Assembly (NCBI GenBank): GCA_046314355.1
Contig: JBKBWQ010000001.1
Location: 1,472,001-1,536,000 of the forward strand
Length of the DNA: 64,000 nt
Reading direction: 5' to 3'
Origin: Candidatus Altimarinota bacterium
GTDB lineage: Bacteria > Patescibacteriota > Gracilibacteria > 1-14-2-50-48-13
The position numbers and the translations under genes were made by a program. The notes beneath the pieces were generated by a model, which was given only the letters and a program-made list of their open reading frames with translations, did not search any database and had not been told where the DNA came from. Below, one piece after another: positions 17,434 to 26,377 of the stretch (the stretch's first letter is position 1; every line of letters begins with the position of its first letter).

Positions 17434-20166
17434 ATGTCATCAAACAATTTTGAGAAGTTTACTCCGGACGCTAAGAGAGCTCTCTTACATGCGGAGCAGG
17501 AAGCTAGAAATGAGAAAATCGGATATATCGGCACTGAACATCTACTTATAGGTGTGCTAAGCCAGAAAGATAGTCTTGGAGCAGCAGTGCTTCAGCATTT
17601 TAATATTAACGCAGATCAGGTACGTAATGTACTTCGCGAATCCAATGCGAAGAGACAGCACCGTGCAGAGGAGGCAAATATGCTTGAACTCACTGGTTTT
17701 GCAAAAAAGACCATTAGAGATGCGGTGTCTATCGCGTATAAATATAATCATACCTATGTTGGAACTGAACATATGCTTGCGGCTCTTGTAAGTCAGGAAG
17801 GTACAGCTGCAGTAGTTATCCTTGAGGATCTCAAAGTTCCTCCTCAGGAAGTAAGCAAGAAGCTTGAAGAGATATTTACTCAGGGGGATCAGTACCGCCA
17901 GAGTCTCAATAACTTCTTCCAGCCCTTTAACAATATGATGCAGCAGCAGCAGCCGGGAGCAATGGGAGGAATTTTCTTTTCCATGGGACAAAACGGTCAG
18001 CAGCCTGGATTTAATCCTGAAATAATGGGAGAAGGTATGGTGCCGCCAGAGATGAATGAAGATGGTAAGGCAAAGAAGGATGGTAAGAAGTCTTCTACTC
18101 AGGCTCTCGACTACTTTACGCATGATGTGACTGAAGAGGCACGTGCGAAAAAATTTGATCCTGTGATCGGACGTAAGAAGGAGATAGATCGAATGATCGC
18201 AATCCTCAATCGAAAGACAAAGAATAACCCTGTCCTAATCGGAGAACCTGGAGTAGGTAAGACTGCTATTGTTGAGGGTCTTGCACAGGCTATTATTGCT
18301 GAGGAAGTACCAGGAAACCTTCTTGAAAAAAGACTTCTCTCTCTTGATATGTCTGCTCTTGTGGCTGGTACAAAGTACCGAGGTGAATTTGAAGGCAGAC
18401 TGAAACAGGTCCTTGATGAAGCGAGTACAAAAGAAAATGAAATCATTCTCTTTATTGATGAACTTCATACTGTGATAGGAGCGGGGTCAGCAGAAGGATC
18501 TCTTGATGCTGCAAATATGCTGAAGCCTCTTCTCGGAAGAAACAAGCTTCAGATTATAGGTGCAACGACCATTAAAGAATATAGAAAGCATATCGAAAAT
18601 GATCATGCTTTCGAGAGAAGATTCCAGCCTATTATGGTGGATGAACCTAAGACAGAGGATGCTATTGATATCCTAAAAGGACTGAAAGAGACCTTTGAAG
18701 AATATCATAATCTTCGAATCTCTGATGAAGCTGTGGAAGCCGCAGTAACTCTTTCAAAAAGATATATTAATGATAGATTCCTTCCGGATAAAGCTATCGA
18801 CCTATTGGACGAAGCCTGTGCTATCCGTGATATAGAGCGAGGAGACAAGGATACTGAAAAACTTAAGGGATTCAAAAAACAGCTTGAAAAAACTGTGAAA
18901 TCCAAAGAAGCAGCAGTTGCGGCTCAGGAGTATGATAAAGCTGGGAAATATAGAGATAAGGAGCTTGAGATCAATGATGAGCTTAAAAAGATCAAAGAGA
19001 AGAGAAATCTTCCGAGATCCCGAAGACCTGAAGTGGATGCAAATGATATCGCATCTGTGGTATCAAAGGCTACAAATATCCCAGTTACAAAGCTCATCGG
19101 AAGCGAACTTGCGACCCTTCGAAATCTCGAGAAATCACTTGAGAAACGTATTATTGGTCAAACTGAAGCAATCGAGAAAATCTCTAGAGCAATCCGAAGA
19201 AGCCGTGTAGGTGTAGGAGATCAGAACCGCCCGATTGGATCATTTATTTTCCTTGGTCAGACTGGTGTAGGTAAAACTGCGCTCGTGAAAGCTCTCGCAA
19301 AGGAGATCTACAATGATGAACGTGCTCTACTCAAATTTGACATGAGTGAAATGATGGAAAAGCACAACGTCTCTCGACTCCTAGGAGCCACTGCTGGATA
19401 TGTTGGATATGATGATGGCGGACAGCTCACAGAAGCTGTACGAAAGCAGCCGTATTCTATCATCCTCTTTGATGAGATCGAGAAAGCTCATCCAGATGTC
19501 TTCAATATTCTTCTCCAGATCCTGGAGGATGGATACGTGACAGATGGAAAGGGAAGACGGGTGAATTTCAAGAATACTATCGTAATTCTCACATCGAATA
19601 TAGGTGCAGACAGATTCTCTAAGCAGGCACAGAAGATCGGATTCAATCTCACTACAAATGAGCGAGATGAGCAGCTTCAGGAATTTGAGGAGATCAAAAA
19701 AGATGTCATAGATCAGCTCAAGAAATCTTTTAAACCTGAGCTTTTCAACCGTCTCGACGGTGTAGTAGTCTTCAAACCGCTTGGTAAGGAGCAGATTCAC
19801 GAGATCGTGAAACTCGAGCTTTCTTATATTCAGGAAAGACTGCTTACAAAGAATATTACATTATTCTCCACAAATGACGCTGTGGAAGTACTTGCGAAGG
19901 AATCCTATGATCCGATCTACGGAGCACGACCTGTACGACGAAAGCTTCAGGAAGTGGTAGAGGATGCTATTGCAGATTTATTCTTAGATGAGAAGATTAC
20001 TGAGGGAGAGAATGTTCTCCTCGAAGTGATGACTGCTGAGAATGGAGATAAGAAAGTAGAACTTAGAAAATATGCAATAGAGGAACAGGTGAATGAACTT
20101 CTTAATTTGAAGGAATTTCATGAAGAAAAGAAGTTGAAGAAAGAGGAAGTGGAGACGAAGAAGTAA
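17434..20166 (+). CDS. clpC: ATP-dependent Clp protease ATPase subunit ClpC
   Basis: Two Clp-N repeats (GTEHLL, GTEHML), NBD1 GEPGVGKT/FIDELH, UVR-like middle domain, NBD2 GQTGVGKT/FDEIEKAH, IGF ClpP-docking loop. Confidence 0.95.
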   Translation: MSSNNFEKFTPDAKRALLHAEQEARNEKIGYIGTEHLLIGVLSQKDSLGAAVLQHFNINADQVRNVLRESNAKRQHRAEEANMLELTGFAKKTIRDAVSIAYKYNHTYVGTEHMLAALVSQEGTAAVVILEDLKVPPQEVSKKLEEIFTQGDQYRQSLNNFFQPFNNMMQQQQPGAMGGIFFSMGQNGQQPGFNPEIMGEGMVPPEMNEDGKAKKDGKKSSTQALDYFTHDVTEEARAKKFDPVIGRKKEIDRMIAILNRKTKNNPVLIGEPGVGKTAIVEGLAQAIIAEEVPGNLLEKRLLSLDMSALVAGTKYRGEFEGRLKQVLDEASTKENEIILFIDELHTVIGAGSAEGSLDAANMLKPLLGRNKLQIIGATTIKEYRKHIENDHAFERRFQPIMVDEPKTEDAIDILKGLKETFEEYHNLRISDEAVEAAVTLSKRYINDRFLPDKAIDLLDEACAIRDIERGDKDTEKLKGFKKQLEKTVKSKEAAVAAQEYDKAGKYRDKELEINDELKKIKEKRNLPRSRRPEVDANDIASVVSKATNIPVTKLIGSELATLRNLEKSLEKRIIGQTEAIEKISRAIRRSRVGVGDQNRPIGSFIFLGQTGVGKTALVKALAKEIYNDERALLKFDMSEMMEKHNVSRLLGATAGYVGYDDGGQLTEAVRKQPYSIILFDEIEKAHPDVFNILLQILEDGYVTDGKGRRVNFKNTIVILTSNIGADRFSKQAQKIGFNLTTNERDEQLQEFEEIKKDVIDQLKKSFKPELFNRLDGVVVFKPLGKEQIHEIVKLELSYIQERLLTKNITLFSTNDAVEVLAKESYDPIYGARPVRRKLQEVVEDAIADLFLDEKITEGENVLLEVMTAENGDKKVELRKYAIEEQVNELLNLKEFHEEKKLKKEEVETKK

Positions 20167-20173
20167 AAATATA

Positions 20174-20203
20174 AAAAGCACCTTTAGGAATAGAGGTGCT
20201 TTT
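20174..20203. terminator. Intrinsic terminator after clpC
   Basis: AAAAGCACCT..AGGTGCTTTT. Confidence 0.75.
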
Positions 20204-20274
20204 CATGAGCAGCTAAATTAAGATTTAATTTGCTAGATATGCTCTTAGTTGGCCTTTTTTATATATCTGCTTTT

Positions 20275-20643
20275 CTACAAAAGATCTTTTCCTTCCTCAA
20301 ACGTTTCTCTATTCTTAATAGAGAAACGGACATCGATATTATTTTTAATCAATCTTTTACATAGTTTTTTTATCTGAGATATGTCTCTGTCTATCGCAAG
20401 TTTTTTTAATAATTTTTCTTTATCAAGTCCAAGTATTTCTGCTAATTTTTCACATTCTGGATCAAAAGGAAAAGACTTACCTTTTTCAATATGATTAATT
20501 TGTGCCTGAGTTTTTCCAATCATATCTCCAAGCTCATATTGATATAGATTCATTAATTTTCTATACTTTGTTATTGTTTCACCGAATGTCAGGTCTGTTA
20601 CGTTCTTTTTCTCTATAGCAACTTTCTGAGAATTGATAGTCAT
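20275..20643 (-). CDS. XRE/Cro-CI helix-turn-helix regulator
   Basis: FGETITKYR..LYQYELGDMIGKTQAQINHIEKG..P..KLAEILG. Confidence 0.88.
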   Translation of the reverse strand: MTINSQKVAIEKKNVTDLTFGETITKYRKLMNLYQYELGDMIGKTQAQINHIEKGKSFPFDPECEKLAEILGLDKEKLLKKLAIDRDISQIKKLCKRLIKNNIDVRFSIKNRETFEEGKDLL

Positions 20644-20829
20644 TTATATCAAAAAATCAATAAAACGTTTTTTTCCCAATTTTAGAGTTGGAAGATTCAT
20701 TTCATACTCTACTACTAATTTCTAAAAAAACTATAGTAATTTGATTCCTCATAAGTTCTAGAATAGGATTCGTATCCTTGACTTTGCCATCTATAACGCT
20801 ATATTCCATCCAACTTCCTTATTTTAGAT

Positions 20830-22431
20830 ATGGCACTTATACGGAAAGATACATTAAATAAAGAAATGCTGCGGAATGCTGAAAGAGTAGCAACTGTATC
20901 TGAAGAAGACTTTACGCAGCTTCTCTCACTTGCAACAAAAAAAGCTTCTGAACCATATAGATGGATTTTTCGCTCTCTAATTGATGATATTTTAGATGTT
21001 CTTTCTACAAACACAGAAAAACATATTACTGAAGAAGAGTTGGATATCACTTTAGAAGGAGTACAAAATGCCGTTGATACTATAGATACAAAAGATATTT
21101 CAGTAGAAACATTTTCGAAATATGTACAGAAATGTATCAAGTATATAGCTCAAGGGAATATTAAAGAGCTGCATGAGTTTAGAAAAAATGAATTTATAGA
21201 TAAATTCCACTTGGGAGGATATTTTTACAGAAAAGATAACATTGCCTCTATTGATAATGGAACCGCAAATACGCATTTATTAAAAAGATATATTGCGAAT
21301 AATACAGTGGTGAAACCTATAAAAGAGAAAAAGATTTATATTCCAGAAATAATCAATGAACCAAATAGTGAGTTTAAAAATATAATTGAAAAAGAAACTA
21401 GCATAGATTCGCAAGTTGAAGAAATCACTGCAGATAACGATATATTTGTAGTGTATCCTGAAGAGGAATCCAGGCGAGAAAATAGAGATCTTTTTCTTAA
21501 GCATTTGTCTTCTGAATCTAAAGATAGTCTTGAAAAAGAGTTGTTACTGCATAAGGTTGTTCCGGCTGAAAAAAGTGTAAAGTACCTCAATCCGTTCTCT
21601 TTGAAAAATGCCTCTGACCTTGAGTGTACTGCAGAGATCAGAGATCTGGCAATGTTGCATGTATCTCGAAGGTGGGATCCTTTTAAGCAAAGTGAAAAGA
21701 TGCTACCGAGAGAACAGGAGTTAAGAGACAGGCTACTGGAGAATCTCCATATGATGACAATAGCAAATCAATTAAATTCTGAAAATGATAAAAGGCTGAT
21801 AGGAAAATTTCTTTATGAGAAAAATCATATCCTCCTGGGACATATAAGAAGTATGAGAAAACTTTTTACTGATAGTGCTATGTTACCTGGCAGTCCAGGT
21901 GAGTTAAGTCTGTACATTGGATACAGACCCGTAGAGATAGCAACTCTTCTCTCGGAAGAATTGGCATATGAATTTTTTCCTCAATCTGCGTCGTATAACT
22001 GGCATTCTCCAGTCTCAGAAAATAATTTTTATAAAGATGTCATATGGGGACTTCTCTATAATTTTTTTCCTTCAAGTCCTGATTTAGAACAATTTCTTAC
22101 GTTATACTTGGTAGATGATTTTTCTAATGAAGAAGATCCTGACCAGTATGAATTGTTGAATGCACGAAATAGACGAACATTAGAAAAACAAACAGCAATT
22201 TTGAAAGAGATTACTATGATTATGGATGCTCTTATAGTAGAGACGCTTATAGCTAGAAAAAATGAGACACCTAGTATTGTATCAAAAGAGACTATAGAAA
22301 AAGTGTTGAGAGAAGGAGCAGTTTCATTGCTAGGAGAACTTGAAAAAAGAGAGGTTCAGTCAGATTTCTTTATGGGGGGAATAATGGATGCCTTGCTTAA
22401 ACTTTATAAAGTGAAGCCTCTAAAGAAATAG
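20830..22431 (+). CDS. Hypothetical protein, candidate highly divergent sigma-70-like factor
   Basis: 533-aa ORF; colinear degenerate matches to sigma regions 2, 3 and 4 plus an extra N-terminal region-2-like segment (see findings). Confidence 0.5.
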   Translation: MALIRKDTLNKEMLRNAERVATVSEEDFTQLLSLATKKASEPYRWIFRSLIDDILDVLSTNTEKHITEEELDITLEGVQNAVDTIDTKDISVETFSKYVQKCIKYIAQGNIKELHEFRKNEFIDKFHLGGYFYRKDNIASIDNGTANTHLLKRYIANNTVVKPIKEKKIYIPEIINEPNSEFKNIIEKETSIDSQVEEITADNDIFVVYPEEESRRENRDLFLKHLSSESKDSLEKELLLHKVVPAEKSVKYLNPFSLKNASDLECTAEIRDLAMLHVSRRWDPFKQSEKMLPREQELRDRLLENLHMMTIANQLNSENDKRLIGKFLYEKNHILLGHIRSMRKLFTDSAMLPGSPGELSLYIGYRPVEIATLLSEELAYEFFPQSASYNWHSPVSENNFYKDVIWGLLYNFFPSSPDLEQFLTLYLVDDFSNEEDPDQYELLNARNRRTLEKQTAILKEITMIMDALIVETLIARKNETPSIVSKETIEKVLREGAVSLLGELEKREVQSDFFMGGIMDALLKLYKVKPLKK

Positions 22432-22579
22432 AGTTTTATTAATTTATTTGGCAACTGTTGCTTTTCAATAAGTATCTATCTCATCAAAGATACACATATC
22501 AATGAATAAGAATCTTGTACGGTTTATGGCGGGTAGTCTATCTTCCTAGATATTTTGATCTATATGAATAGAAACTATA

Positions 22580-22834
22580 TGCATAAAGTTTCTCCCTCTC
22601 TCTCGTAACTATCTCACTCAAATGCTCAAGAGAGATATAAGCAGGACTTTCCTTCCTCCACAGTCACGGCTGCCCAATACATTACCTTTCTGTTATTTCT
22701 TTTGTATGCTCGTTTAAATCATCTTACATTTGAATAAACAGGTCTTCAAAAGAATTGATGAAGTTCTGTGTAGAAATCTTACCTTCATAATACTCTGTCA
22801 TGAGAGATATAATGCTTTTTGAATACTGACAATA
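22580..22834 (-). pseudogene. Degraded colicin-D-immunity-like gene
   Basis: Minus strand reads SIISLMTEYYEGKISTQNFINSFEDLFIQM*DDLNEHTKEITER..ESPAYISLEHLSEIVTREREKL with internal stops. Confidence 0.4.
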
Positions 22835-22964
22835 GATAGTTTATATCTGCAGTATACTCAAAATTATCCCAAGTGGGAATTGAAATACTCAGCTATTTCT
22901 TGCTATATTGGTCATTTTTACTAGTATGTTTGCACGTATTATTATCTTGTTGTTACTCCATTTT

Positions 22965-23312
22965 ATGACTCATTACGCTTGTACCTCCTGCAAACATAGT
23001 TCTCCTGATATGGCTGTTTGTGAAGCTGATGGATGCTCCTCTCAGTGGGAAATGATGGAAGAGTGTAAATGTGTTGATGGTACTCATGGAGTACAAGAAG
23101 CAGTTGCTCCCACAAAGGATTCCAATGGAACTATTCTCCAGACTGGAGACAGCGTAGTACTTATCAAAGATCTACCTCTCCGCGGTACTTCCCAAAAATA
23201 TAAACAGGGAACAAAAGTAACAATTTCTTTGCGGGATAATATTGAAGAAGTAGATTGCAGGATAAATGGAACTGCGATAGTACTGAGAACTGAATTTTTA
23301 AAAAAGGTGTAG
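22965..23312 (+). CDS. PhnA/YjdM-like zinc-ribbon protein
   Basis: Cys-rich N-terminus; KDSNGTILQTGDSVVLIKDL..KQGTKV..LRTEFLKK. Confidence 0.85.
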   Translation: MTHYACTSCKHSSPDMAVCEADGCSSQWEMMEECKCVDGTHGVQEAVAPTKDSNGTILQTGDSVVLIKDLPLRGTSQKYKQGTKVTISLRDNIEEVDCRINGTAIVLRTEFLKKV

Positions 23313-23341
23313 TGTCTCTATTTTCTTAAACTTCAAATACT

Positions 23342-23977
23342 ATGTTCATTATTGACTTTATTCTTCATATAGATACACATCTCATCGCACTGACTGCTCA
23401 GTATGGCGCATATATTTATGGTATCCTCTTTACGATTGTTTTCTTGGAAACAGGAGTGGTCTTTTTCCCATTTCTACCAGGTGACTCATTGCTTTTTGCA
23501 GCAGGTGCATTTTCTGCACAAGGAGTGCTGGATCCTTGGCTTCTGACAGGACTTTTCTTGGCTGCGGCTATTTTGGGTGATGCATTGAACTTTTGGATAG
23601 GATCTGTCGTAGGAAAGAAAATGCAAGCTAAAGGATGGATTCCTGAAAGTGCGGTAGCTAAAACAAAGGGTTTTTTTCATAAATATGGAGCCAAGACGAT
23701 TGTACTTGCCCGTTTTCTTCCAGTGGTACGTACCTTTGCTCCTTTTGTAGCTGGTATGGGACATATGGAAAAGAAAGTATTTTTTTTCTACAATATTATC
23801 GGAGGGAGTGCGTGGGTACTGATCTTTATGTCCCTTGGGTACTTCCTCGGAGCTATGCCGATCGTGAAGGAGAACTTTGAAATTGCCATTCTATTCATTA
23901 TTTTTGTATCTGTAGTGCCTACAGCTATTGAGATTTACAGTCATCATAGAAAAAACCGAAAAATATCTAAGGCATAA
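23342..23977 (+). CDS. dedA: DedA family membrane protein
   Basis: ETGVVFFPFLPGDSLLFAAG, ARFLPVVRTFAPFVAG. Confidence 0.95.
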   Translation: MFIIDFILHIDTHLIALTAQYGAYIYGILFTIVFLETGVVFFPFLPGDSLLFAAGAFSAQGVLDPWLLTGLFLAAAILGDALNFWIGSVVGKKMQAKGWIPESAVAKTKGFFHKYGAKTIVLARFLPVVRTFAPFVAGMGHMEKKVFFFYNIIGGSAWVLIFMSLGYFLGAMPIVKENFEIAILFIIFVSVVPTAIEIYSHHRKNRKISKA

Positions 23978-24024
23978 AGAATATGAATATCATATTTGGC
24001 TATTATAAAGTTATAGAATACTAA

Positions 24025-24474
24025 ATGACACTGTACTACTTTGCGTATGGATCAAATATGAATCCTGAGCGAATGAAAGAACGTGGAATCAATTTTGAAA
24101 AAAGAGAAGTAGGAATACTGCTGGATGCAAAACTTGTCTTTAATAAAAAAGTGAAAGGAATAGAAGGGAGAACCGTTGCAAATATTCTTCCTGAAGCAGG
24201 ATCTATTGTTGAAGGGGCACTTTATACAACAACTGAAGAGGATATTTCTAAGCTTGATATTTTCGAAGGTGTGCCGCATCACTACCAAAGATATACAAAA
24301 GAAATTCAGCTCTCAACGCTGGAAAAAATAGAAGCAGTTGTCTATATAGCAAATGAGGAAGTCCAGGGAGAAGGTATGCCCATTAAAGAATATTTGGAGC
24401 ACTTGCTGGTGGGAAAAGATATCTTAAGTAGAGAGTATTTTGAAAGACTTACTCAAGTCCAGACAAGAGAATAA
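24025..24474 (+). CDS. Gamma-glutamylcyclotransferase family protein
   Basis: YFAYGSNM..VEGALY..LDIFEG..Y. Confidence 0.9.
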   Translation: MTLYYFAYGSNMNPERMKERGINFEKREVGILLDAKLVFNKKVKGIEGRTVANILPEAGSIVEGALYTTTEEDISKLDIFEGVPHHYQRYTKEIQLSTLEKIEAVVYIANEEVQGEGMPIKEYLEHLLVGKDILSREYFERLTQVQTRE

Positions 24475-24592
24475 AATGTGAATAGTTCTCTGGTAACAGC
24501 TTGAAGAATATGTATATATTACTCTTTACTAAATCAAAAAAAACACTATTATTCTATCTTAAGCGATTATCAATTATTTATACAAACCATAG

Positions 24593-24931
24593 ATGACTCA
24601 AGATCTTGCAATAACTATTCAGGAAGGGGTAACAGGATATATAAAGAAATTTGTACCTGCAAATAAAGCAGGTAAACACGAAGTGCGTATTGAACTTAAA
24701 CCGGGAGGCTGCAGCGGACATAAGTATTTTCTCTCTGCTATGGAAGAAAAGTTTGATGAGGACATCGTGGTAGAGCAGGATGGAGTGCTGTTTTATATGG
24801 ATGGACTTTTGAGTGAATACTTTGAAGGTGTAGAAGTAAATTATGTAGAAGGACTGAATGGAACTCAGATCAAAGTAAAAAACCCCAATGCTAAAGGCGG
24901 CTGTGGATGCGGAGTATCGGTGAAGCTGTAG
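24593..24931 (+). CDS. iscA: HesB/IscA A-type Fe-S carrier
   Basis: GGCSG..NPNAKGGCGCGVS. Confidence 0.9.
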   Translation: MTQDLAITIQEGVTGYIKKFVPANKAGKHEVRIELKPGGCSGHKYFLSAMEEKFDEDIVVEQDGVLFYMDGLLSEYFEGVEVNYVEGLNGTQIKVKNPNAKGGCGCGVSVKL

Positions 24932-24933
24932 AG

Positions 24934-25041
24934 TGTCATGCCGGACTCGATCCGGCATCTCATGCACGCTGCAAGAGTCGCAGAAATACTATGGCGACTC
25001 TTGCAATACTCATGAGATCCTGAAACGACTTCAGGATGACG
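24934..25041. repeat. REP-like inverted doublet, copy 1
   Basis: TGTCATGCCGGA-N5-TCCGGCATCT ... AGATCCTGAA-N5-TTCAGGATGACG; inner TGCAAGAGTCGC/GCGACTCTTGCA stem. Confidence 0.8.
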
Positions 25042-25111
25042 CAAAAATATATTTGTTGCAGAAAAACAAAAAAATACATACAAAACATTTTATCCTGCAC
25101 TTGTATGTATT

Positions 25112-26122
25112 ATGACTCACGAACTTTCAAAGACGTATAAATATCCAGAGACTGAAATAGAGGCATTCAAAAAATTTTTGACTGATCATACACATTTTCT
25201 TTTCCTTGGACCAAAGATTGCTGACGGAGATACTATCGGTGCGAATACTGCGATGGCAATGTTTATCGTGGAGCAGATGGGTAAAAAAGTAACTCTGTAT
25301 AATCCAAGTCCTGTGGAGAAGATGTATAAGGATCTTCCTTGGGCTGATAAATATGTGACAGATTTTGATCCAAGTACTATTGATGCGGTGTTTATTTCTG
25401 ATACGGGAGATAAAAGGCTGTTTGCAAATACTCCTGCGGAACAAAAACTCTTTGAAAGAGATCTTCCTGTAGTAAATCTTGATCATCATATCTCCAATCA
25501 GTTTTACGGCACAATTAATCTTGTAGATCTGAATAAAGCTTCAAGTTCTCTGATTGTTTTTGAGCTTCTTAAAAAGCTGAGAGCGAAGATCACTCCTGAT
25601 ATGGCGACTCACTTACTGCTTGGTATGTATTTTGACACAGGAAGCATGTATCATCCAAATACTACTGCGGAAGTGTATGAGAATGGAGCTGAGCTTATCA
25701 GTCTTGGAGCGAAGCCGAGAGATATAGTGGATCCTCTCTATAAGACTATGGATTTTGGAAAACTGAAACTTATCGGTCTCGTACTTGAAAGAGCAAGTCT
25801 TTATCAGGATGGAATGCTCATGTCTGCTATACGTCAGGAAGATCTCATCGCATGTAATGCCACAAGAGATGATCTTGAGGGAGTAGTGGATTATCTTTTT
25901 TACGCTCCTGAAGCCCGCTTTGGTATGCTTCTCATTGAAGACGAAAAAGGGAATGTAAAAGGATCACTCCGTACCCAGCGAGATGATGTGGACGTAAGCA
26001 AAATTGCAGAGACCTTTGGAGGGGGAGGTCATAGAGCTGCGGCTGGATTTACTATTCAGGGACATCGTCTTGAGATGGAGGTAAAATGGAAAATTGCGCC
26101 AAGAGTCGCTGTATTGGCATAA
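25112..26122 (+). CDS. nrnA: DHH/DHHA1 phosphoesterase (NrnA-like)
   Basis: ADGDTIG, NLDHH, DTG, KGSLR, GGGGHRAAAG. Confidence 0.92.
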   Translation: MTHELSKTYKYPETEIEAFKKFLTDHTHFLFLGPKIADGDTIGANTAMAMFIVEQMGKKVTLYNPSPVEKMYKDLPWADKYVTDFDPSTIDAVFISDTGDKRLFANTPAEQKLFERDLPVVNLDHHISNQFYGTINLVDLNKASSSLIVFELLKKLRAKITPDMATHLLLGMYFDTGSMYHPNTTAEVYENGAELISLGAKPRDIVDPLYKTMDFGKLKLIGLVLERASLYQDGMLMSAIRQEDLIACNATRDDLEGVVDYLFYAPEARFGMLLIEDEKGNVKGSLRTQRDDVDVSKIAETFGGGGHRAAAGFTIQGHRLEMEVKWKIAPRVAVLA

Positions 26123-26377
26123 TTCCTACGAGTGGTGAAAAAAAAGTTATTTTCATACTTGCTACATATTAATAGTATGTGGTAATATTTCATGATATTT
26201 ATTTTTAACAATATCATGTTACATCAGGAAAATAGTTCATATAACAAAGGGTTCCCTGCACTGGACATAAAGAAACGTGATCATCTCACGAATCCAAGCT
26301 GGGGATTTTTACTGATTTAATTCGTATCCGCCTTTCTACACAAGGTTTTCAAAATTTAGATTAAAACAAAAACACTT

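Noticed and set aside
17557-18123. 188-aa antisense ORF and other shadow ORFs (for example 3986-4408, 24578-24967, 39778-40248, 52959-53420)
   Set aside because: They overlap well-supported genes on the opposite strand and have no motifs
24933-25115. 60-aa ORF between iscA and nrnA
   Set aside because: It is the translation of the REP-like palindrome
26245-26310. Guanidine-I (ykkC) riboswitch suggested by AGGGTTCC..TCCAAG
   Set aside because: The conserved 3' stem and tail are missing and the downstream gene does not fit
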